From Candidatus Omnitrophota bacterium (GTDB lineage Bacteria; Omnitrophota; Gorgyraeia; Zapsychrales; JANLHA01), in contig OY759724.1 in assembly GCA_963662715.1 (NCBI GenBank), positions 240,001-272,000 of the forward strand: a DNA stretch of 32,000 bases, written 5' to 3'. A program made the translations under genes and the position numbers. The first letter of the stretch is position 1; the number at the start of each line of letters is the position of its first letter. Below are positions 9,537-16,599 of this stretch, in pieces. Under the pieces are notes generated by a model. It was not told the origin of the DNA and ran no database searches. It was given only the letters and a program-made list of their open reading frames with translations.

Positions 9537-10874
9537 TCAGGACATCCTCCTGCCCGGAGATATTTTTATTTCTGCGGGGAAACGGTCCTGATCAACGGAT
9601 AAACGATGGATATACAGCCTGTAAGCCAGATTGCCGACGAATTTAACCATAAAGGACCGGTCCAGCCCGCTGACTCTTTTCCAAATGGAAGGATATTGAA
9701 AAGTCTTCCGGTAAGCCCAGCGAAACCCCTGGTCGAGTTCCTGCGGGCTCATCTGTGAGGGCTGAAAAACAACGTGCTGCGTATCATAATAGGACCAATG
9801 ATTGTGAAGGATCCGCCCCTCTTCCTTGAGTCTTTGATAGGCCCTTGTTCGGGGATACGGCGTGTAAACGGCGTATCGCGGGATGTCGATTTTCAGTTCA
9901 TTGACAGCGTCAACCGTATCCTTGAAAACATTCCGGTCGTCATGGTCAAAACCGAACACAAAGCATCCCTGCAGAATTATGCCTTTATCATGAATTTTCT
10001 TAACCAGGTCCGCGTAATTCTGCGGACGGTTAAAACCTTTTTTTATCCCATACAAGGCTCTTTGGGAAACCGACTCGAATCCGATCAATAAATAAATACA
10101 TCCGCTGCGGCTCATCAACTCAAGCAACTCGTCATCCTGGCCTATCTCCGTTGTACATAAGCCCCCCCAGACTTTTTTCAAAGGGGCGAGCGCTGTGAAA
10201 AGCTCCTTCGCGTAATCCCGGTCTTCCAGCAGACTCACATCATTAAAAGCAATCCTCCGGGCTTTGATCTGCCTGATTTCGTCAATCACTTCGTGAACAG
10301 GACGCGTGTTCCATCCGAAAGGAACCGCACTGACCGCGCAAAAGTCGCAGGACCGTCTGCATCCCCGGGTAGCGAAAACGGTATAGGGATTCATGTAGCC
10401 CCACTGTTTCTGCAAGTCTCTTCGTGGACAGGGCAGGCCGGAAAGATGCGAGTCGTGAGACTCATATACATCTTTGAGTTTTCCGCAAGAAAAATCCCGG
10501 AGCAATTGAGGCCATGTCTGTTCAGCAAAACCGAGCACAATACTGTGGGCATGCTGTCCCGCCTCCTGAGGCATCAGGGAAACATGGACCCCGCCCAAAA
10601 CAACCGTCGCGCCCCGCCGCCGGAAGTGGCCAGCAAGGGCATACGCTCTGACAGACGTGCCCGTCAGGCAGCTTATGCCGACCAGATCAAAATCCTGCTT
10701 CAGCGGGACAGCCTCAAGGCTTTCATCTATAATTGTGACCTCGGCATTCAATTCAGGAGGGACCAGCGCGGCTAATGTCGTAAGCGTCAACGGCGCTTCG
10801 CGAAAAGACACCGCATGTCCCCCTATATTCATTTTATGGATACCGGCATCCGGCATTATTAACAAAATTTTCAT
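9537..10874 (-). CDS. B12-binding domain radical SAM protein (class B rSAM), paralog 1
   Basis: MKILLIMPDAG..., LVGISCLTGTSVRAY, VVLGGVHVS, and cluster motif CRRSCDFC. The track start at 10880 is a TTG two codons upstream of the ATG at 10874. Confidence 0.85.
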   Translation of the reverse strand: MKILLIMPDAGIHKMNIGGHAVSFREAPLTLTTLAALVPPELNAEVTIIDESLEAVPLKQDFDLVGISCLTGTSVRAYALAGHFRRRGATVVLGGVHVSLMPQEAGQHAHSIVLGFAEQTWPQLLRDFSCGKLKDVYESHDSHLSGLPCPRRDLQKQWGYMNPYTVFATRGCRRSCDFCAVSAVPFGWNTRPVHEVIDEIRQIKARRIAFNDVSLLEDRDYAKELFTALAPLKKVWGGLCTTEIGQDDELLELMSRSGCIYLLIGFESVSQRALYGIKKGFNRPQNYADLVKKIHDKGIILQGCFVFGFDHDDRNVFKDTVDAVNELKIDIPRYAVYTPYPRTRAYQRLKEEGRILHNHWSYYDTQHVVFQPSQMSPQELDQGFRWAYRKTFQYPSIWKRVSGLDRSFMVKFVGNLAYRLYIHRLSVDQDRFPAEIKISPGRRMS

Positions 10875-10923
10875 AGGCAACTCTTGTCGATATCTGTTAT
10901 CCCAACGGGGTGAAATCTTATAA

Positions 10924-10935
10924 TTGACATATCAA
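10924..10935. promoter_or_regulatory. 12-bp near-palindromic box TTGACATATCAA (candidate MarR operator) in the marR-rSAM spacer
   Basis: The exact 12-mer is repeated, as its reverse complement, at 11463-11474 in the marR promoter. On the minus strand this copy sits between TTGAAA and TATAAG hexamers, just upstream of rSAM paralog 1. Confidence 0.4.
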
Positions 10936-10951
10936 TCTTTCAATAAAAACA

Positions 10952-11425
10952 TCAGGCACTTTTAACTTCCGAAATCCATTTCATAAGCAGGGCATCAAAT
11001 GTCTTCTGCTCGGCTTTTGTCAACAGCGAACCCAGACGCCTCAGAACCTTCTGATACCCCGGCCAGACGCTGTCCAGCAGCCGGCCCCCTCTTTCGCTGA
11101 TTTTAATAATATTGGCTCTTCTGTCATTCTTGTTAGAGATACGATGCACCAGCTTCTCTTTTTCCAGCTTATCTAACAGCCGCGTCATATTCGACGGGGT
11201 AACAATCAAATGTTTGCTGATCTCCACCTGACTTATTCCACTGCTTCCTCCCTGATGCTTGATGGTCATTAAAACGTTGAATTTAGCCGGAGTCAGCTCA
11301 TAGGGCTTCAGGAAAGACGAGATTTCCCCGTTAATCAGATTATATAATAAGACAATACCGTATATGGCCTCTTCATGATACTTCCCCTGCCCGACTTCAA
11401 TACCAAACGACCTGAAATAGTCCAT
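10952..11425 (-). CDS. MarR-family transcriptional regulator
   Basis: Winged-helix region LTPAKFNVLMTIKHQ...ISQVEISKHLIVTPSNMTRLLDKLEKEKLVHRISNKNDRRANIIKISERG. The ATG at 11425 is 5 nt after AGGAGG; the track's GTG at 11431 overlaps that SD. Confidence 0.85.
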   Translation of the reverse strand: MDYFRSFGIEVGQGKYHEEAIYGIVLLYNLINGEISSFLKPYELTPAKFNVLMTIKHQGGSSGISQVEISKHLIVTPSNMTRLLDKLEKEKLVHRISNKNDRRANIIKISERGGRLLDSVWPGYQKVLRRLGSLLTKAEQKTFDALLMKWISEVKSA

Positions 11426-11445
11426 AGTCACCTCCTTTCGATATT

Positions 11446-11474
11446 AGTTTACAATACAATTATTGATATGTCAA
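11446..11474 (-). promoter_or_regulatory. marR promoter (TTGACA-17-TAAACT) with the TTGACATATCAA box overlapping the -35
   Basis: Minus strand reads TTGACA tatcaataattgtattg TAAACT, then about 9 nt, then AGGAGG. The 12-mer box spans 11463-11474. Confidence 0.5.
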
Positions 11475-11536
11475 CAATATTAAAGATATCAGACGCCTTA
11501 ATACACCAAAAGCGGGACGGATAAAAGGGCTGTCAT

Positions 11537-12535
11537 TTAAAGGGCGGGTGCCGGGGCGGCTTTACGGACAGCGTCAAACAACAAAACATCGACAAAAGAT
11601 TTCAACAATTCGCCTGCCGGCTCTTCCAACAGCAGAGAGTCGACCTGAGCATGGCAATAATCTCTCTTCTCTTTCAGAGAGGCCTGCTGATGAGGGGGGA
11701 AAACATCCTGGATATCTACAATGGCGCGGACCAGCCGGCCCATTTTATCTTTAGGAATCCCCATTTTTTCTGAATAGATATTCATCCACTGTTTATATTC
11801 GTTTAATGAATTTTGAATTTCCAGAGAATCCCCGCTCTTAATTGCGACCAACGCCTTCTCACTTAAAACAAAAGCATGCCCCTGATAACCGTTCTTAACG
11901 AGTTGATCATATCTTTCCTGTTCCTGATCCGGCATCCCGGGGCTGTGTCTCAGCTTCTTTAATCCCTGATAAAATTCCCCCTGATTCATCAATTGCGCCG
12001 CTTCCCGGAACATGCCCTGATAATCAGGTCCGGCCCGGCTTTCCCTTCTTAACTTTTCTACTGAGTCAACAACACTGACTTTGGACACGGCAAACCACTG
12101 AAGCACCGAAATAACAATCCCGAAAGAAATGATCATCGTCAGGCTGTTCCTTTTTCTTAAGGAACGGGCATCCCACGGGATCCGTTCGACCTGCATGGCC
12201 TTTTGCAACTTACCGCTCAAAGAAAAAAGCCTGGTTATAACGAAAAGGTTAAAAAGAGGGATACACGCGCCCACAAGCCAGGCGGCCGGAGCATGTGCCG
12301 TTAATCGGTTTTTGATCAGCAAGCCGCTGAGCTGACTGGTATATACAAGAAAATTAAAATAGATAAAGGATAAGCCGGCACTGAGATACTGCCATTCTTT
12401 CTGGGAGAATCCTCTCTGGATGGCAAAAAAGACGATAATAAAGACGAAAACCACGCAAAGGATCAACGCCTTGCAGAAATTCCTATGCGCATCAACATAC
12501 TGCTCCTTTTCCCTGGCCTCAAATTCCGGCATCAT
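11537..12535 (-). CDS. hypothetical membrane protein (N-terminal TM bundle, C-terminal soluble helical domain)
   Basis: 332 aa with several hydrophobic helices in the first ~150 aa. No family recognised. Confidence 0.55.
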   Translation of the reverse strand: MMPEFEAREKEQYVDAHRNFCKALILCVVFVFIIVFFAIQRGFSQKEWQYLSAGLSFIYFNFLVYTSQLSGLLIKNRLTAHAPAAWLVGACIPLFNLFVITRLFSLSGKLQKAMQVERIPWDARSLRKRNSLTMIISFGIVISVLQWFAVSKVSVVDSVEKLRRESRAGPDYQGMFREAAQLMNQGEFYQGLKKLRHSPGMPDQEQERYDQLVKNGYQGHAFVLSEKALVAIKSGDSLEIQNSLNEYKQWMNIYSEKMGIPKDKMGRLVRAIVDIQDVFPPHQQASLKEKRDYCHAQVDSLLLEEPAGELLKSFVDVLLFDAVRKAAPAPAL

Positions 12536-12575
12536 CGTCTCCTTTTGAACTCAACCAAAAAGGATACTATCATCT

Positions 12576-12998
12576 TTACGGGGACTGTGATTCAAGCCAC
12601 TGCTGAATTTTCTCTTTAATATCATCCCTGACTTCCCGCACCTTATGAAGGATTTCTTCTTCTGAGCCGGTAAACTTTGAAGGGTCAGGGAAACTCCAAT
12701 GAAGCCTGTTGACATCCCCGGGAAAAACAGGGCACTGTTCCGCCGAGGCTTCATCGCACACCGTGATAACATAATCATAGCTCTTCTTCTGCCGCATCAG
12801 ATCTTCGACACCGCGCGTTTTTTTCCCCCGGATATCAAGGCCTTCTTCTTTCAGCGCTTCTACGACAAAGGGGTTCAATTCCCCGGGGGCCAGACCGGCG
12901 CTGTCCACATCGAAATGCTCCCCCCCGCATATCCGCAACAACTCCTCGGCCATCTGACTTCTGGCGGAATTATGAACACAGACGAATAAAACTTTCAT
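12576..12998 (-). CDS. arsC: arsenate reductase, LMW-PTPase / thioredoxin-coupled type
   Basis: MKVLFVCVHNSARSQMAE P-loop (C-x5-R-S) plus downstream Cys residues (VITVCDEASAEQCPVFPG), typical of the Staphylococcus/Bacillus-type ArsC family. Confidence 0.85.
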   Translation of the reverse strand: MKVLFVCVHNSARSQMAEELLRICGGEHFDVDSAGLAPGELNPFVVEALKEEGLDIRGKKTRGVEDLMRQKKSYDYVITVCDEASAEQCPVFPGDVNRLHWSFPDPSKFTGSEEEILHKVREVRDDIKEKIQQWLESQSP

Positions 12999-13014
12999 TT
13001 TTCATATGATAACA

Positions 13015-13971
13015 CTAAATAATTACGGATTGAAGGAAATTAAACATATAGCCGGTCAGGATAATGGCTGCCGCCGTGATACCGAAAAAAATCATAATCA
13101 AGGGTAATCTCATCGCCCGGCGAAGCATGATGGCTTCCGGCAGGCTCAAGGCGGCAATGGCCATCATGAAGGCCAATGCCGTTCCCAAAGGGATGCCTTT
13201 TTGGAACAAAACAACGGCGATCGGAACAATAGCCGCGCAGCTGCCATACATCGGCACGCCTAAGGCTGTTGCGATCGGGACCGAAAAAATACCGGTTTTC
13301 TGGATAATGCCCTGGACGGCTTCCTGCGGAACGTAATTGTGGATCAGGGCTCCTATGCCGACCCCGATCAAAACCCACATCCAAATCTTTCTTGTAATGG
13401 AAAGAGCCTCATGCCAGCCGTAGGCTATGCGGCTTAAAAGCGATGGATAACGGACCGGCTTCTGGACCTGCTGCCTGGCGATCATATCCGCAACAAGGTA
13501 CGAGTCCAAATCCATCTTACCTAAGACAGCTCCGGCAACGGTTCCGATCAGCAGCCCGCTTAATACGTAGAGGAATGTGATTTTCCAGCCGAAAAACCCC
13601 AGCATCAAAACAACCAGATATTCATTAATAATAGGAGAGGTAATGAGAAAAGAAAAAGTAACCCCGAGGGGAATACCCGCTTCTAAAAAACCGAGAAATA
13701 TCGGGATGGACGAACAGGAGCAAAATGGCGTCATGGCCCCAAAAGAAGCGGCCAGAATATTGCCCGACAGCGCCCTTTTTTTGATCCACCCCTTAATTTT
13801 CTCCTGTGACAAGAAAGAACGGAAAAAGCCCATAATAAATATCATTGAAAAAAGCAAAAAAATAATTTTAATAGAATCATAAATAAAAAAATGAACAGTC
13901 TTGCCCAAAGATGATTCCGGAGAGAGCCCCAGGAGCATATAAGCGAACCAGTCAGCAAATGTCAGCAGCAT
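13015..13971 (-). CDS. arsP: COG0701 / ArsP-type permease
   Basis: 318-aa polytopic membrane protein with the family signature [14 protein letters not shown] and a second half containing [12 protein letters not shown]. It lies between arsR and arsC. Confidence 0.75.
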   Translation of the reverse strand: MLLTFADWFAYMLLGLSPESSLGKTVHFFIYDSIKIIFLLFSMIFIMGFFRSFLSQEKIKGWIKKRALSGNILAASFGAMTPFCSCSSIPIFLGFLEAGIPLGVTFSFLITSPIINEYLVVLMLGFFGWKITFLYVLSGLLIGTVAGAVLGKMDLDSYLVADMIARQQVQKPVRYPSLLSRIAYGWHEALSITRKIWMWVLIGVGIGALIHNYVPQEAVQGIIQKTGIFSVPIATALGVPMYGSCAAIVPIAVVLFQKGIPLGTALAFMMAIAALSLPEAIMLRRAMRLPLIMIFFGITAAAIILTGYMFNFLQSVII

Positions 13972-14114
13972 GACGGTCCTTTGTCCTGATCACCCTTCCC
14001 CCGGCAACAGCATGAATTTTTTGCCTTTTTTTCCATCGCCTTGTCCATTTTCTCCATAAAGCGTTCCAGCCACCCTTTTTGTTTCACCTCTGGTCTCTTT
14101 TCTTTATCCGTCAT
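13962..14114 (-). CDS. unannotated 50-aa Cys-rich small protein in the ars operon
   Basis: Hand translation: [55 protein letters not shown] lies 7 nt upstream of the ATG. Its stop overlaps the permease start (ATGCTGCTGA), which suggests translational coupling. It is below the ORF track's length cutoff. Confidence 0.5.
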   Translation of the reverse strand: MTDKEKRPEVKQKGWLERFMEKMDKAMEKKAKNSCCCRGKGDQDKGPSCC

Positions 14115-14151
14115 AATATCGCTCCTTTTTTTAGGGTTATCGCAGAAAAAT

Positions 14152-14505
14152 TCAATTTCGGCAAAGCCTGCTCCGGTCGGCTGTTTTCAGCCTGACAATG
14201 TCCTTTTTTAAAACCGGGTCATCTTTCAACCAGCGGGCCAGACATTTCAAAAGTTCTTTTGTTCGGTCTGAATCACAGCACAAAATATAATTCGTCCAAA
14301 ACCCGTCCTTTTCATCCCTGATCAGTTCGAGTTCTTTCATTTTTTTCAAATGCCGGGAGATGCTCGGTTGAGTTACCTGCAGGACATAGGCCAGTTCACA
14401 CACGCACATTTTTCTTTGTTTAAGAAGACAAAGAATTCTTATACGGTTTTTGTCTGCAAAAATTCTGAATATTTTTTCAATCCCTTGCATCATAGAAGAA
14501 TCCAT
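14152..14505 (-). CDS. arsR: ArsR/SmtB-family metalloregulator
   Basis: Contains the CVCEL metalloid-binding motif (KMCVCELAYVLQVTQPSISRHLKKMKELELI) immediately before the HTH. Confidence 0.85.
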   Translation of the reverse strand: MDSSMMQGIEKIFRIFADKNRIRILCLLKQRKMCVCELAYVLQVTQPSISRHLKKMKELELIRDEKDGFWTNYILCCDSDRTKELLKCLARWLKDDPVLKKDIVRLKTADRSRLCRN

Positions 14506-14549
14506 ATAACCAATCTGTTATATATTATACCGAAACGCCTTTTTGTCAA
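14504..14549 (-). promoter_or_regulatory. ars promoter (TTGACA-16-TAATAT) and inverted repeat ATATAAC-N6-GTTATAT
   Basis: Minus strand reads cTTGACAaaaaggcgtttcggTATAATATATAACagattgGTTATATGgat. The 7-bp inverted repeat (14504-14523) touches the arsR ATG. No SD is visible. Confidence 0.45.
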
Positions 14550-14839
14550 GACATAAAAGCAACCGGCAACTTTCCGGGGAACAGCCCCCGGACTGAATAA
14601 CCGCAATCATGGGGACATGAAAAAAAATTACGCCTCTGACAATAAATCCCAATAAGACTGATAAGATAGACATCCACACAGACGGGTGATACAAAAACAC
14701 CGATATCCGTGATGAAGCAAGCTGACGGGATAATGTTTCTGGGCAAAGGGATGTAAAATCAGGGGATCGGAACAGCAGGTTATTTTCTGCCGCAGGTTCG
14801 GACGATTTCTCACCCAACCCGGAGGACAGACGAACGCCG

Positions 14840-15064
14840 TTAATTCTGGTCTAAACATTCACATTGCGGGCCGGAGAAGATGTCCCATTTAAAAGAATGC
14901 CCGTCATGGCCCTGTTCAATACAGCTCGCCTGACACTCATTAGCCCGGCTTTCCGATTCTTTATTTTTTATATAAGCAAAATGCAATAAATAAATAATAA
15001 CCGGAACAATTAAGGCAAATAATATTATTGTGCGCATGGAACCAATGGGGTTGTCTCTAAACAT
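14840..15064 (-). CDS. hypothetical small membrane-anchored protein with 4 Cys
   Basis: 74 aa, with one TM (TIILFALIVPVIIYLLHFAYI) followed by ...ECQASCIEQGHDGH...GPQCEC. No family recognised. Confidence 0.4.
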   Translation of the reverse strand: MFRDNPIGSMRTIILFALIVPVIIYLLHFAYIKNKESESRANECQASCIEQGHDGHSFKWDIFSGPQCECLDQN

Positions 15065-15214
15065 AGACCTTCTCCTCTTATTAAAGACAGGGATTTAAAT
15101 TGTTAACGGTGAAATATAGTTCATTTTATCAGCATTTTTTCTGCGCACCAATAAAAATCCCATTTAATAATCAGGAATCCATTGTTCCAAAACGATCTTC
15201 CGCGGAATGAAACT

Positions 15215-15234
15215 CCACGGCCTCACGGCCGTGG
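15215..15234. repeat. subterminal hairpin CCACGGCCTCACGGCCGTGG (tnpA 3' side)
   Basis: Perfect 8-bp stem with a 4-nt loop. A near-identical copy lies at 15740-15759. Confidence 0.8.
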
Positions 15235-15265
15235 TTTCTTAACTATTTTGACTGTGCAAACGCAG

Positions 15266-15694
15266 CTAAAATTCTATCTGCGTTTGTCCTCGGTCTTCCC
15301 GGCCTTGATATTCGATGTATCGCTTTATCGATTCTTCGTCGGCTCCAACCGTTGACACAAAATACCCTGCTGACCATATCCCTGCCTTTTTCACATACAT
15401 CTTGTCTAAAAACTTATATCGCCGCCTCATCAGCTTTGCTGTGTTACTCTTAATCAGATTTACTGCATGACTTACAGCCATCTTCGGCGGAATTGATGCC
15501 AAAAGATGCATATGATCTAAATCTGTATTTACTTTTTCAATGATGATCTCAGGATACCGTCTCATCACTCCCAAAACGCATCTTTTGACATACTCCGCCG
15601 AACCCCATCGCAATATCTTTCGCCTATATCTTGTACAAATGACAATATGGTATCTGGCATAGTAAACTGTGTGTCCTTGCTTCAAATATCTCAT
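15266..15694 (-). CDS. tnpA: IS200/IS605-family Y1 (HUH) transposase
   Basis: 142 aa: YHIVICTRYRRKIL, HUH motif DHMHLL, and catalytic-Tyr region GYFVSTVG. Confidence 0.9.
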   Translation of the reverse strand: MRYLKQGHTVYYARYHIVICTRYRRKILRWGSAEYVKRCVLGVMRRYPEIIIEKVNTDLDHMHLLASIPPKMAVSHAVNLIKSNTAKLMRRRYKFLDKMYVKKAGIWSAGYFVSTVGADEESIKRYIEYQGREDRGQTQIEF

Positions 15695-15739
15695 GCACCC
15701 ATTGTATCATACGCAACCAAGACCTCGGAAACGCTTCAT

Positions 15740-15759
15740 CCACGGCCTCATGGCCGTGG
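15740..15759. repeat. subterminal hairpin CCACGGCCTCATGGCCGTGG (tnpA 5' side)
   Basis: Same stem as 15215-15234 with one loop difference, in the same orientation. Confidence 0.8.
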
Positions 15760-15774
15760 TTTTTTCGCGATAAT

Positions 15775-15811
15775 AAAAAGGCCCCGGGGGAAACGTCCTC
15801 CGGGGCCTTTT
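15775..15811 (-). terminator. rho-independent terminator of the ferritin-like gene
   Basis: Minus strand reads GGCCCCGG-aggacgtttccc-CCGGGGCC followed by TTTTTATTA. It lies about 50 nt after the stop at 15860. Confidence 0.7.
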
Positions 15812-15859
15812 CAAGCGAAAAAATAACGATGCAGCTGAGAACAGCTTCTTCAATATGTT

Positions 15860-16351
15860 TTATTCAACTTTGGTTTGCATATCCTCCAGAATCGCCTCTA
15901 GGTCATCTTCATGCTCAACTTCATCTTCCAGAATTTCCAGGATAAGATGATAAGTGATCGGATCCTTACCTTCCACCATTTCCAGGATCTTTTTATATAC
16001 AGCGATAGCGCACTGCTCCCCCTTGATATTCTGCTTCACCAGAGTTTTGGTGTTAGGATCCGTGGGGTCATCATAGCCGCAGCCTGACTCCTTGATCAAC
16101 TGTTCGGGGCTCAAAAGCGGAGAACCGCCTAACTGCAGAATACGTTCAGCCAGCATGTTGGCATGTTTCAACTCCTCATCAGCATGTTCCTGCAATTCTC
16201 CGGCAATAATGCCTCTCATACGTCCGACCGCGATTTTTGAACCTACCCAGTATTGGTAAACAGCCAGCCATTCATCGGCCAGGGCTTTATTCAAGACTTT
16301 TATAAGTTCGTTAACATCGACCCCGACGATTGCTCTTCCTTTTGTACCCAT
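15860..16351 (-). CDS. ferritin-like / Dps-like (DPSL-type) diiron protein
   Basis: Four-helix-bundle signature: ELQEHADEELKHANMLAERI ... EDEVEHEDDLEAIL (E-x-x-H pairs). The ATG at 16351 has GGAGG 8 nt upstream. The track's 16366 start adds 5 residues and includes that SD. Confidence 0.8.
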   Translation of the reverse strand: MGTKGRAIVGVDVNELIKVLNKALADEWLAVYQYWVGSKIAVGRMRGIIAGELQEHADEELKHANMLAERILQLGGSPLLSPEQLIKESGCGYDDPTDPNTKTLVKQNIKGEQCAIAVYKKILEMVEGKDPITYHLILEILEDEVEHEDDLEAILEDMQTKVE

Positions 16352-16407
16352 GGGATTAACCTCCATTCTTTATACAGGTTATACATGTTCCTCTTAATTA
16401 GATTTTA

Positions 16408-16437
16408 TACTATATAGTAATAAATCCTATCTGTCAA
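16408..16437 (-). promoter_or_regulatory. ferritin-like gene promoter TTGACA-17-TATAGT with palindrome TACTATATAGTA over the -10
   Basis: Minus strand reads TTGACA gataggatttattacta TATAGT. A 14-nt stretch, ATTACTATATAGTA, is shared with the fur/perR promoter at 27756-27787. Confidence 0.55.
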
Positions 16438-16599
16438 CAAAATTATACATTCCGCAGGACAAAAACAACACACCCATAACAGCACGGGCCAAAAGACAGA
16501 TATCTCCATCAAGACAGTTTTATTTTAAAAAAGGCGGGAACCTATCGGCATGGGTTAGGAATCATTTCATCTTTATTATTTCCGATAATTATAAATTTT

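Larger units (their letters stand above)
15195..15775 (-). mobile_element. IS200/IS605-family element (tnpA only); boundaries approximate
   Basis: A Y1 transposase gene is flanked on both sides by the same hairpin, CCACGGCC-TCAY-GGCCGTGG (15215-15234 and 15740-15759), as expected for the subterminal palindromes of this family. Confidence 0.7.

Noticed and set aside
10881-10951. Looked for a cobalamin or SAM riboswitch, or a RiPP precursor ORF, ahead of or within the rSAM operon.
   Set aside because: The spacer is only 71 nt and holds a promoter-like sequence plus the 12-mer box. Internal gaps are 36 nt or less, so there is no room for a riboswitch or a peptide gene.
12551-12778. 75-aa minus-strand ORF overlapping the 3' part of arsC in another frame.
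   Set aside because: It is nearly all contained within arsC (12576..12998), which has unambiguous motifs, so it is spurious.
14518-14858. Three overlapping minus-strand ORFs (66, 76 and 99 aa) between the ars promoter and the 74-aa gene.
   Set aside because: They are mutually exclusive frames with no SD and implausible composition. The region is treated as non-coding (see the finding on 14560-14839).
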